64,000 bases of DNA. Source: Bugula neritina. Taxonomy: Eukaryota; Animalia; Bryozoa. Below are positions 10,801 through 22,600 of the stretch, in pieces; positions within the stretch are counted from its first letter, which is position 1, and each line of letters opens with the position of its first letter. The DNA lies in assembly GCA_964035545.1 (NCBI GenBank), contig OZ037773.1, positions 1,951,751-2,015,750 of the forward strand, written 5' to 3'. Below the pieces are notes generated by a model that saw only the letters and a program-made list of their open reading frames with translations, was not told the DNA's origin and did no database searches. The translations under genes were made by a program, and so were the position numbers.

Positions 10801-13800
10801 GTATTATACTACACTGTATGATACTACACTGTATGATACTATACCGTATGATACTATACTGTATGATACTATACTGTATGATACTATACTGTATTATGTT
10901 ATACTGTATGATACTATACTGTATTATACTATACTGTATGATACTATAATGTATTATACTACACTGTATGATACTACACTGTATGATACTATACCGTATG
11001 ATACTATACTGTATGATACTATACTGTATGATACTATACTGTATTATGTTATACTGTATGATACTATACTGTATTATGCTATACTGTATGATACTATACT
11101 GTATTATACTATACTGTATGATACTATACCGTATTATGCTATACTGTATGATACTATACTGTATGATACTATGCTGTATGATACTATACTGTATGATACT
11201 ATACTGTAATTATGCTATACTGTAGGATACTATACTGTATGATACTACACTGTATGATACTATACTGTATGATACTATATTGTATGATACTACACTGTAT
11301 GTTACTATACTGTATGATACTATATTGTATACTCACAGAAAAAGAGTTTCTGAAAGATGATGAAGGGGTACAGAAACTGATGGTGAAGGGAGGGGCGGCT
11401 GTGGACCCGGAAAGTGAACTTGACCAGGAAGCACATCTGTTGCAGGAGAAGGGAGAGCCTCTCAACGCTGTCCTCTCTATGGTAGACATCAGCAGCGGCA
11501 GCAACTCTTACTACAAGCTGCAGGTGTTGGAGCACGACTCTGTCAACAGGTACTTTACATTCAGTTCAAGTACCTGCTATGTGTCATCACATAGTACACT
11601 CAAGCTTTGATTTTATTATATAACAGTCTGATAAACAGCAAACTTACATATTGCTTAGAAGCCTGGGGAAATGCCCCTAAAACCCATCTGAACAAGTTGC
11701 TTTTAATTCAAAAACGCATTATTCGCATTATTTTCCACAAATCACCTACTGAACACACGTCACCTCTATTTATCAAAGCAGAAATTCTTCCTATTGATCT
11801 CTTGTATATCTACCGCCTATGTCTTCTTGGTCATTCAGCTTATTATACTCCATCTCACACCAAACAACCACCAACTTACCTCACCAGACATTCTGAACTT
11901 TCCTTACCCTTACCTCTCTCTACCTCCGCAGCAGGTCATCGTCAAGTGTCCTACCAGATGTCTAGCAATTGGAATAAACTACCTCTGACTTTAAGACATC
12001 ATCAAAGCTTTGCCACATTTAAAATATTGTTGAAAAAGCACCTACTAAAATCTTTAACTTAATCTGAATAAATAGTTCCCACTATTTTTTCAACTGCCAC
12101 TTGGGCCCCGCTCCTTGAATAGCTATGCTACTGAGCACATGGGCCCCCATCTTGACTTCGATTGATATTATATATAAATTGAATTTAGCTCTTTTTGTGT
12201 TACTGTTGTATATTTGTATTTTTTTGTCCTTTTGTTTTTTTTTTGATGGAAATAAAGAAAACAAAACAAAACAAGTACCTGCTATGTGTCATCACATAGT
12301 ACACTCAAGTACCTGCTATGTGTCATCACATAGTACACTCAAGTACCTGCTATGTGTCATCTTATAATAAACACAAGTACCTGCTGTGTGTCATCACACA
12401 CTACACGCAAGTACCTGCTATGTGTCATCACACACTACACTCAAGTACCTGCTAAGTGTCCTCACATACATGTTGTCTCATCAGCTTGGTGTTTGCTTTA
12501 GATACTGGCTGTTCCGCTCTTGGGGTAGAATAGGCACAACAATCGGTGGCAATAAGCTGGAGAAACTTGGCTCCAGACATGAATGTGTGGCTAGGTTCAA
12601 GGTGAGCCGTCAATCAACGTGTTACTTTTTCCTTTAAACTTTTAAACCACCTCCAACGTCTGAGTTGCTGATGTAGTGTCTGTGTTAGAACTACTAGAAC
12701 TTATAAATCCAAGTATAGAATATCATTGTATGTAACTGCCATATATTTCATTTCATATTTATTCGTAGAGCCGTAAATAGCGTAAATCGTTTTGAGTAAT
12801 CTTATCCTGAGATGATTTTCTTGGTGCTATTATTTGTCAATTCCTTGTGTATTATATATTTCATTAGTGTAATTCAGGTTTGGTATTTATAAAACTGCTA
12901 TCGATACTCTTGTCAGGACCTGTTTCGAGAGAAAACCGGCAATGTTTGGGGAACTAAAGAATTTGAGAAGAAACCAAATAAGTTTTATCCATTGGAGATT
13001 GACTACGGTCAGGTAATAGACGTCTACCTATTAGTGATATGGTAGGCTATATATATATGAGCGTGCGTGCGCATATATTATATTTGTTTGAAGATTATAT
13101 AATACGCTGTCTATGTAATACTTTAGGAAGATGAAGAAATACAACTTAGCGCAATGGAAGAATCCTCCAAGACGGCCAGCAAACTGAGCAAACCTGTGCA
13201 AGAACTCATCAGAATGATATTTGATATTGAGACTATGAAACAGACTATGTTAGAGTTTGAGGTAAGGGACTGGTAAAACAGACTATGTTATGGTTTAAGA
13301 CTGGTGAACAGACTATGTTATGGTTTAAGACTGGTAAACAGACTATGTTATGGTTTAAGACTGGTAAACAGACTATGTTATGGTTTAGGACTGATAAACA
13401 GACTATGTTATGGTTTAGGACTGGTAAACAGACTATGTTAGAGTTTGAGGTAAGGGACTGGTAAAACAGACTATGTTATGGTTTAAGACTGGTGAACAGA
13501 CTATTGTGGTTAATGCTGATTGGCCTGCTCATAGATTGACATGAAGAAGATGCCTCTGGGAAAGATATCAAAAAAGAACATTTCTAAAGCCTACAAACTG
13601 CTCACTAAATGTCTCAAGGTAAGTCATTGCATTATTGTAGCACCAGCATTGCAAGGTAACACATAATACTCACTTGTTACATATGTTATATTTTTGGTAC
13701 TTTTAGTGTATCTTCGCTGCTTTTATTGTTTTATTTCTTTAATTGTTTCATCTGTTCATTTATCAATTTGATATATTTTAACTAATAATTCAATACCTAT

Positions 13801-16800
13801 TGTACGTGAATATTTTAGCACGCAGCTCTCCTCAATATACTTTACTCAAAATTTGATTGGTTGAGTTTAAGTTTAGCCTTCACTGGTCAAAATAGACGTC
13901 ATTTGTTGTCCATAAGTAACTGGAGTTGTCCCAACATGGTGTTGCTAGTATGGCTTGTCAAGTGTTAAGTGAATGCAGAAAATAGCTGATTACAAAAAGG
14001 TAGAAACTCCATGAGTTGTGAGTCCAGTCTATTTGGTAGTGCCAGTCTAACCGGCTGTTGCAATGGTACGTTGCACTGCTGTAATCTTTATTCTGGTTCA
14101 ACTGAGTCCTTTCTCCGTGTGTTGGTCAGATGGTGGAGGAGAAGGCATCCCCTGCCCAACTGCTTGACATGTCTAACCAATTCTTCACACTCATTCCTCA
14201 TGACTTTGGGATGAAGAAACCTCCAGTCCTGGACACAGAAAAGCTGATAAAGGTGAGTAGTGAGTAGTCAGTTATCAGTAGTAGCACTGGTAGTAGTTGT
14301 AGTCACAGTAATACTAGTAGTGGTAGTGGTGGTAGTAGTAGTAGCAGTGGTACTAGAAGTAGTAGAGTCGTAGTAGTGATGGTAGTAGTGCTGGTAATAG
14401 TAGCAGCAGTAGCATTGGTGACAGCTAGGTTTGGTATTTTAATGTGGTTTTATATGCTTTCACTTTAAGGCCAAAGTAGAGATGTTAGACAACTTGAAGG
14501 AAATAGAGTGTGCATACAATCTGCTGAAGACCAGTGCGGGTGGTGCGGATACCAACCCTGTTGACTCACACTATGAGTCACTGAAGACTAAGATTGAGCC
14601 ACTGGAGAGGTCGAGCGAGGAATGGGACCTCATCAACCAATACACCAAGAACACTCACGGCAAAACTCACTCCTCCTACAGCTTGGATGTTGACGAGGTA
14701 TGGACAGGTGCTGTTTGGGTCGAGTCATCGCTGTAGTTGTCTGCCTTCTGGTTGTACTAATACGTGACTGTTATACAGGTGTTTACAATCAAGAGAAATG
14801 GAGAGAAGTCCAGATATTCACCTTTCCGGGATTTGTCAAACAGGAAGCTGCTATGGCATGGGTCAAGGTTAACTAACTTTGCCGGAATTTTGAGCCAGGG
14901 TTTAAGAATCGCTCCCCCAGAGGCGCCTGTGGTGTGTTATTCGTTCTGATACTATCATATGTTATATACACTGATACTATTGTATGTTATATACTGATAT
15001 TATTGTATGTTATATACTGACATTATTATATAATATATATATATACTGACACTATTGTATGTTATACATGTATATACTGACACTATTGTATGTTATACAT
15101 GTATATACATGTATATACTGATACTATTATATGTTATACATGTATATACTGATACTATTGTATGTTATACATGTATATACTGACACTATTGTATGTTATA
15201 CATGTATATACTGACACTATTGTATGTTATACATGTATATACTGATGCTATTGTATGTTATACATGTATATACTGATGCTATTGTATGTTATACATGTAT
15301 ATACTGACACTATTGTATGTTATACATGTATATACTGATACTATTGTATGTTATACATGTATATACTAACACTATTGTATGTTTATATATTATTGCAGAC
15401 TGGCTATATGTTTGGTAAAGGCATATACTTTGCCGATATGGTTAGTAAAAGTGCCAATTACTGCTTTGCCCAGAGGAACAACCCGTATGGTCTGCTGCTA
15501 CTTTGTGAAGTTGCGCTTGGAAATATGTAAGTCATTTCTTACTCAACTAGTCAAGTCACTTTTGTTGTGTTTAAGTTACTGTTCCGCCGAGTTTAAATCT
15601 TTCTCAATCATATATATGTTGTTCTGATGGTGTTGCAGGCATGAACTGGGCGGTGCCAGTTACATCAGCAAGCTGCCCAAGGGCAAGCACAGTGTGAAGG
15701 GGTGTGGTATGACAGAGCCAGACCCCGCCCACCTTCATGTGACTAAGGATGGAGTACACATACCTCTGGGAGAAGGAGTGGAGGCGAAACCTTCCATGGG
15801 TCGCACTTCTCTTCTCTACAACGAGTATCCTTTGGGTTGTCATTCTCTCTGTGCATTACTTACTCTATACAGTACTTACTCTATACGATACTTACTTTAT
15901 ACAATACTTACTCTATACAGTACTTACTCTATACAATACTTACTTTATACAATACTTACTCTATACAATACTTACTCTATACAATACTTACTCTATACAA
16001 TACTTACTCTATACAATACTTACTCTATACTTACTCTATACAATACTTACTCTATACTTACTCTATACAATACTTACTCTATACTTACTCTATACAATAC
16101 TTACTCTATACAATACTTACTCTATACAATACTTGCTCTATACATTACTTACTCTATACAATACTTGCTCTATACATTACTTACTCTATACAATACTTAA
16201 TCTATACAATACTTACTCTATACAATACTTACTCTATACTTACTCTATACAATACTTACTCTATACGATACTTACTCTATACGATACTTACTCTATATAA
16301 TACTTACTCTATACAGTACTTACTCTATACAATACTTACTCTATATAATACTTACTCTATACAATACTTACTCTATACAATACTTACTCTATACGATACT
16401 TACTCTATACGATACTTACTCTATACAATACTTACTCTATACAATACTTACTCTATACAATACTTACTCTATACAATACTTACTCTATACAATACTTACT
16501 CTATACAATACTTACTTTGTACAATACTTACTCTATACAATACTTACTCTATGCGATACTTACTCTATACAATACTTACTCTATACATTACTAACATTGC
16601 TGTGTATACTCACACTGCTGCATGTACTTACATTGCTGTGCATGTACTCACATGACACTACAATACTTTGTCTAATGGTAGACATGCAGTGTCAGGGTTA
16701 CAATATGAAGACTTCCTTATCGTTCTCTCAGATACATCGTGTACGACGTGGCCCAGCTGAATATCAAGTATCTGGTCAAGTGCAAGTTCAACTACAAGTA

Positions 16801-16804
16801 CTAA
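4853..16804 (+). CDS. PARP1: Poly(ADP-ribose) polymerase 1, 21 coding exons
   Basis: Exons 4853-4966, 6594-6738, 7174-7289, 8617-8756, 9078-9152, 9326-9410, 9510-9709, 9828-10054, 10189-10365, 10554-10712, 11339-11549, 12502-12601, 12917-13012, 13127-13261, 13535-13618, 14130-14252, 14470-14697, 14779-14931, 15399-15526, 15639-15824, 16732-16804 splice in frame. Domains in order: Zn1 ([14 protein letters not shown]...WFHFQCF), Zn2 ([14 protein letters not shown]...WYHVDCF), KKRK NLS, Zn3/PADR1 ([13 protein letters not shown]...[11 protein letters not shown]), BRCT-like, WGR (FRSWGRIGT), regulatory ([16 protein letters not shown]), catalytic (LLWHGSR...[13 protein letters not shown]...LLYNEYIVYD) with H-Y-E triad. 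Confidence 0.97.
5129..5217. repeat. 89-bp near-perfect palindrome (possible MITE) in PARP1 intron 1
   Basis: cttatggaggtctctgaattgttgccttgattggtcacaatcaa-c-ttgattgttaccaatcaaggcaataattcagagacctccataag: 44-nt arms with about 2 mismatches and a 1-nt spacer; ends TA|TGGAGG...CCTCCA|TA. Confidence 0.75.
6172..6385 (+). mobile_element. tRNA-Thr(AGT)-derived SINE with 19-bp target-site duplication
   Basis: A box (TGGTCTAGGGG), anticodon arm CTAGTAAAC, B box (GGTTCGAGCCC), non-tRNA body ending ctataaacttgcgtga. Direct repeat ttctttatttgttcatgtt at 6152-6170 and 6386-6404. Confidence 0.92.
7470..8605. repeat. 28-bp minisatellite in PARP1 intron 3
   Basis: (tatacactgtattatacgtatgtactac)n. Confidence 0.95.
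8820..9075. repeat. Approx. 47-bp minisatellite in PARP1 intron 4
   Basis: (tatacctacgtgtaagtataaactactatatacctgtatattatat)n, running into the acceptor. Confidence 0.85.
9668..9815 (+). repeat. Degenerate triplication of the PARP1 exon 7 3' end forming intron 7
   Basis: (g)agcaggtgccccgagt... recurs at about 9668, 9735 and 9794; the second copy still encodes [11 protein letters not shown] versus exonic [11 protein letters not shown]. Confidence 0.85.
10718..11332. repeat. 15-bp minisatellite filling PARP1 intron 10
   Basis: (atactgtatgatact)n. Confidence 0.95.
11605..12274 (+). mobile_element. 5'-truncated LINE (CR1/L2-like ORF2 C-terminus plus 3' UTR)
   Basis: ORF 11607-12062 [18 protein letters not shown]...[12 protein letters not shown]...WNKLP...FKILLKKHL resembles the post-RT C-terminus of CR1/L2-group LINEs. 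Ends in AATAAA plus an (AAAAC)n tail and interrupts a 34-bp minisatellite. Confidence 0.85.
12272..12470. repeat. 34-bp minisatellite (first unit at 11567-11604, split from the rest by the LINE)
   Basis: (caagtacctgctatgtgtcatcacatagtacact)n. Confidence 0.9.
13238..13503 (+). repeat. 30-bp repeat derived from the PARP1 exon 14 end and donor
   Basis: aaacagactatgtta first occurs in the exon; a full second GAGTTTGAG|GTAAGG lies at 13441-13455. Confidence 0.9.
14947..15385. repeat. 31-bp minisatellite in PARP1 intron 18
   Basis: (tatactgacactattgtatgttatacatgta)n. Confidence 0.95.
15825..16731 (+). other. U12-type (minor spliceosome) GT-AG intron of PARP1
   Basis: 5' splice site GTATCCTTT; branch-like TTCCTTATC at 16713-16721, 10 nt before the end of the intron; splits the catalytic Glu codon GA|A. 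Confidence 0.9.
15855..16590. repeat. 16-bp minisatellite inside the U12 intron
   Basis: (caatacttactctata)n. Confidence 0.95.
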
Positions 16805-17030
16805 ATATTCACTTTCTTTTATTCTCAAGTCTTTCCGCTCCATCCAGAGTACATCTCTAGCTGTGTTCACCAAGCAATCAAATAATAGTATCCACTTTTA
16901 TATTAGCAGTAACGTGCTTATAGCTTTATTATTGCTATCTCTATTTTACTTGAGGTTTTTTATATCATTTCTAACTTTCACTGTTCAGAAATGGCAACCA
17001 GATTTGCATGGGTACAGGTTTATAATATAT

Positions 17031-17036
17031 AATAAA
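17031..17036 (+). terminator. Candidate polyadenylation signal of PARP1
   Basis: AATAAA about 230 nt after the stop codon. Confidence 0.45.
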
Positions 17037-18965
17037 AATACATATTTACTCTTTATAATAACGCATATTCTACACTGTATGATAGCACATATTTACATTG
17101 TATAATAACACATGTCTACACCGTATAATAACACATGTCTATTCTGTATAATAACACATGTCTATTCTGTATAATAACACATATCTACACTGTAAGTGTA
17201 TAATAATGCATATCTACACTGTATGATAGCAATACCTGCACTGTATGATAGCACATATCTACACTGTAAGTGTATAATAATGCATATCTACACTGTATGA
17301 TAGCAATATCTACACTGTATGATAGCACATATTTACATTGTACAAGCATGGTTTAAAATACTCCATTATTTAGTAGTCATGGTTAATAATAGGTAAAAAT
17401 TGGATGACGTTAATATTGTTTTATTGTTGCCTTCCCCCCCCCCCTTCCGAGGGTCAGCATCTGCTCAGATATTTTGTTCACTAGATGGAATTAAAAAGCT
17501 GCTTACATGCACGTGGGTGCTAGTGACTGTAAACCTAACACAAAATATAGTTTAACAAACTACAAAGTCTAACTTACGCTACACAGTTTACTACACTGTC
17601 TAACATACTACACACTCAAACACACTACACAGTTTAGCACACTGAATAGTGTAAAACACTACACATTGTGTTTTACTCTAAAGTTTTTCATACTGCATTA
17701 AAATTTATGTCTTTGGAATCGTCTTATCATGTACTGTCCTAATTTTGCCCCTTTGTATTTTGTTTCAGAGTTATCTTTAAAATATTTTGTCTAGAGATTG
17801 TCTTCAAATCTTGCCACAGAAATGTTGATTATATTGCCGCTAGAGTTATCTTCTCTCACTAAACTTGATATTTTGAACTGTGCTGTATCAACTGATTAAT
17901 GTGTAAATATTGAGAGACTTGCAGCTAATATTAAACTTAGGGCTGCTGCAAAATTTCTTGCTATTCAGGCTACTTCTGTCATTGATGAGTTTTCTATTAA
18001 TTAAAAAATATTGCAATCAAGAGTTGGCAGTGTGAAACATGAGCAGGAATGAGCTAGATTATAATCTGATTACTCTTCTGAACATCCTGCTGTTGCTACC
18101 CACCTCACAACTACTACTGATAACCACAGATACTGTTGACACCCATCAGCTATTACTGACACCCTGCTACTAGTGCTGATACATATCAACTACTACTGCT
18201 GATACATATCAACTACTACTGACACAACCTAGGCTGCTGAATGCCAAGCTGTGTCAGGGTTTGACTTGCTTAATATCATATTAATACGATTCTAGTGATA
18301 ATATAATTAGTTGTGGTGCTGATGAAATTTATTATTGAATATTCACTTTAGTATGCAATGCATACAACTAAGTGAATATAAAGCCAGTCTGATTCTATTT
18401 AATATACTACTATACTATATTTAATATGCTATTATACTCGTATGTATCCTTTTTGTTCTAGCAATTCCCTCCTTTTATTGTCTACTATAACCTGTATGAA
18501 GGCTTCTGTAATCAAATGATGAATAGCCTAACTTAGCCCTGGGTCTACACTGCCATGCGTAAACAATGGGCTGCAATGTTAGTGCTTCCAACTGTAGCTG
18601 TTTACCTGTGGTTACTTTATTAAGGCAGCACGGCTAGACTGATGCTAGGATAAAATGGGTTGCATAGTAGCTTGAGGTAACAGTTTGTATGCTACTGCTG
18701 CTGCTGCTGCCTCTACTACATCTACACTAGCACCTGCCCCTACCTGGTAAGATATGTCTACTGTGATTGGGTAGTTTAATGGGAAGCAGCATCACACTGT
18801 GCTGACTTGCATGGTTATTGTTTTTAATGGAGTTCATGAATTAGAAAACCATATAGTTCTTAATTTATTTAAATTTACGAACCAGTTGCTGCATATGCGT
18901 GTACAGTAAGTGTGTACACATTAAATATTCTACACAGTAGGTATATAGGTACAGTAAGTATATAT

Positions 18966-19167
18966 CTCATGCAAGTTTATAGTCGCCATCCCTGAGAACT
19001 CCCTGATGGAAAGGGTTTTTGTTAAATCGGACTAAGGACTTATTCAGATCGGGTACAGGAGCAATCATGACTAGATGCTTTTCCTAACATCACCAATGGG
19101 TTTCATCTGGGGTTCGAACCCATGACTTTGTGTTTAACGCTCTAACCCCTAGACCACAGCTGCTCTC
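18966..19167 (-). mobile_element. tRNA-derived SINE
   Basis: Reverse complement of the 6172 family; flanked on both sides by gtaagtatata. Confidence 0.9.
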
Positions 19168-19611
19168 TGTAAGTATATACACAGCAAGTATATACACAGT
19201 AAGTATATAAAGTAAGTATATACATTAAGTATAACCACAGTAAGTACATACACTATAAGTATATACAGTAAGTATAAACATAGTAAGTATATACAGTAAG
19301 TATATACAATAAGTATGCACAGTAAGTACATACACAGTAAGTATATACAGTATGTATATACACAGTAAGTATATACAGTAAGTATAAACAAAGTAAGTAT
19401 ATACACGGCAAGTATATAATGTATGCATTTATTATTCAGATAGTAAGCATTTAAGGAGATGCAGTCTGCAAGGGTTGTTATCTGATAATAATAAAGTGAA
19501 CTCTGTTTATTCAATGCAATGTTTGTACCTATATTTACTGACAGATTCTAATATACTACAATGTGCTGCCAAATACACTGACACCCTGTGTGCTGCCAAT
19601 ACACGCTGCCG

Positions 19612-22600
19612 ATGGCTGCCAACATGAGTATGAGTCCGGTGATGGAGGAAAGCTTCTCATCAGATGGTGAGTCACAGACTTAGATCTTGTTCTGATGCCC
19701 AGTTTAGGTGCATAAGTTTTCTTCTGATAATTTAATTGATGGGGGCCCAGGCTATTAGTCTGCGAGTTGGGGGTGGTGGGATATATGTTCCCTAGCCTAT
19801 ACTGCAGTATCTCCTACCCTATATACTACAGCTGTCCCTCTGCTCTATGCCTCAGTGCCATTGACATAGTGCAAACCTCATTGATCTGACTGCAAACATC
19901 TCAGTATTTGTTGAGTTTAGGGTTTCATAGAATGTAGATTTTCTTATCAAATATGATATATCAACTGTGTTATATGCTACCTGTGCTACATTTTACCTGT
20001 GCTTTATTAGCTACTATATTAAAACAAAATGTTATAATACATTAGATGCAATGTATTATATTAAATACAATATATTGCATTTAAAATGTTATATAAAATA
20101 AAATATGTTATAAAATATTTAATGTTATGTTATACCCCAACTCCATGCTGCTATTCTAACTCTGCTCGAGAGATGTGAAAGAGCAGGTTGTAACATTTCT
20201 CGAGAAATGGTGCAGTTTTGGTTGTCAAGTAGGAACTGGTTTGTTCTGCAGAGCCAGAGCTGGGTAATCTGGGGTCACTTAGTGCTGCCATTATTGCTGC
20301 CACGGAGAGGGCGGAGTCTGTGGCCCAGGAGACTGACAGGTGGCTGACAGGTCATCAGGAGTTCAACAATCTGGATGTGGTGGAGGAGTTGCTTGGTGAG
20401 GCTGAGGTAAATAGGTTATTGCTGCTAGTACTAATGCTGTTACTGCTGCTAGTTGCTACTGCTGCTGCTAGTACTACTGCTGCTAGTACTAATACTGCTG
20501 TTACTGCTGCTAGTACTACTACTGCTGTTACTGCTGCTGCTATTACTGCTGCTGCTGCTGCTAATGCTAATACTCTTACTGCTAATACTATTACTGCTGC
20601 CGCTACTACCACTACCACTATTCCGCTGTCTTATGAACTAGTCTGCTTTTCTGGTTATTTGTATGCTCTTATATGCCTAACTCGAAGCTTTCACCAATCC
20701 CTGCATCTGCAAGAAGTTACTCTAAGTGTAATCGGTTATTAAAATTGTCCACTCAGATTATTTGTTTGTGTTTCATACTCGCATAGTTTAGTCTAATTGC
20801 AAGCTTTGTCTCTCTTTTACCTGTGCCAATAAACACATTGTTGGTTCACTCATTGCATATTTTAATAGATTGTGTGTATTTCAATTGACTCTAGTTTAAT
20901 GATCAATGAATTTACATAATGCATGCTATTATGTATTATATTTAGAGTTAGATATGTGGTAGCTGAAAGCTTTCTTTTAATGTAAAGTAAGGCAGTCTAT
21001 ATTATTATGTGCAACTCTGTTTACTTTTGAAACCATGAGCTTTTTGTCCTGCATATACATTACTATGATAACAGTATATATACAGCATGTAGTATGCATA
21101 TATGACTATGATGACATTATATACACAGCATGTAGTATGCATATATTACTATAGTGACAGTATATATATTACATGTAGTATGCATATATTACTATACTGG
21201 CAGTATACACACAGCATGTAGTATGCATATATTACTATGATGACAGTATATATACTACATGTAGTATGCATATATTACTATAGTGACAGTATATATACTA
21301 CATGTAGTATGCATATATTACTGTGTAATGCAGGGAAGGCTGGTGCAGCTCCAACAGATGACTGTTATACAGGAACTGGACAGGTTCATGGCTGAGATTA
21401 CAGTAAATGCACCAGCTGATCAGGCCTCTCAGCTCAAAGAGCTTGTGAGGAGCACAAAAGATACCTTCTCAAGGTAACATGGCATATTATAGCATGGTAG
21501 GGCATATTCTAGCATGGTAGAGCATATTATAGCATGGTAGAGCATATTATAGCATGGTAGAGCATATTATAGCATGGTAGAGCATATTATAGCATGGTAG
21601 AGCATATTATAGCAGTTCTAGGATATTTTAGCATAATATAGCATTTTCTAGCCTGATATAGCATATTATCACATCATATAGCCTTTTCTAGCATTATATT
21701 ACATAATATAGCATATGTCAGCATGACAACATATTCTAGCATGATATATCTCATTTTAGCACACTATAGCATATTCTAGCGTAGTAACATAGCATATTCT
21801 AGCATGGTATAGCATATCAAAGCACCTGCATGTGTATGTTGCAGTGCCATAGACTCTCTGGAAAGGTTCATTCAGAAGACAGAGAACATACAGAAGGCAT
21901 ACACCAAGTACAAGGAATCTGCGTCTGTACTCAGTAGAGCTTTGAATGACTCATCAGCTACACTCCAGATCATATCTCAACATAAGTCAGTTTATTACAT
22001 TATATTACTTTATGTTATATTATATTACTTTATGTTACATTATATTACTTTATGTTACATTATATTACTTTATGTTACCTTATATTGCTTTATGTTACAT
22101 TATATTACTTTATGTTACCTTATATTACTTTATGTTACCTTATATTACTTTATGTTACCTTATAGTACTTTATGTTACATTATATTACTTTATGTTACAT
22201 TATATTACTTTATGTTACCTTATATTACAATATATATTATATTATATTTTACTATGTGACCTTATATTACACTGCATTACCTTATATTACAATATATTAC
22301 ATTATATTACAATATATTACAATAATTACAATATATTACATTATATTATACTACGTTACCTTATATTATACTACATTACCCTATATTATACTAAACTCCT
22401 TTATACTACATTGCATTACGTTACATTATACTAAATTATGTTATATTACACTGCATTACATCATATCACACTATATTACATGGTTTTACACTACATACAC
22501 TATATTACACTATGCTATCTTATACACACTAAAGTGATGTTGTTTATATTGTATACAGCTACATATATTTTCAGAGACTTGTCAGAGTTGTCTGACCAAA

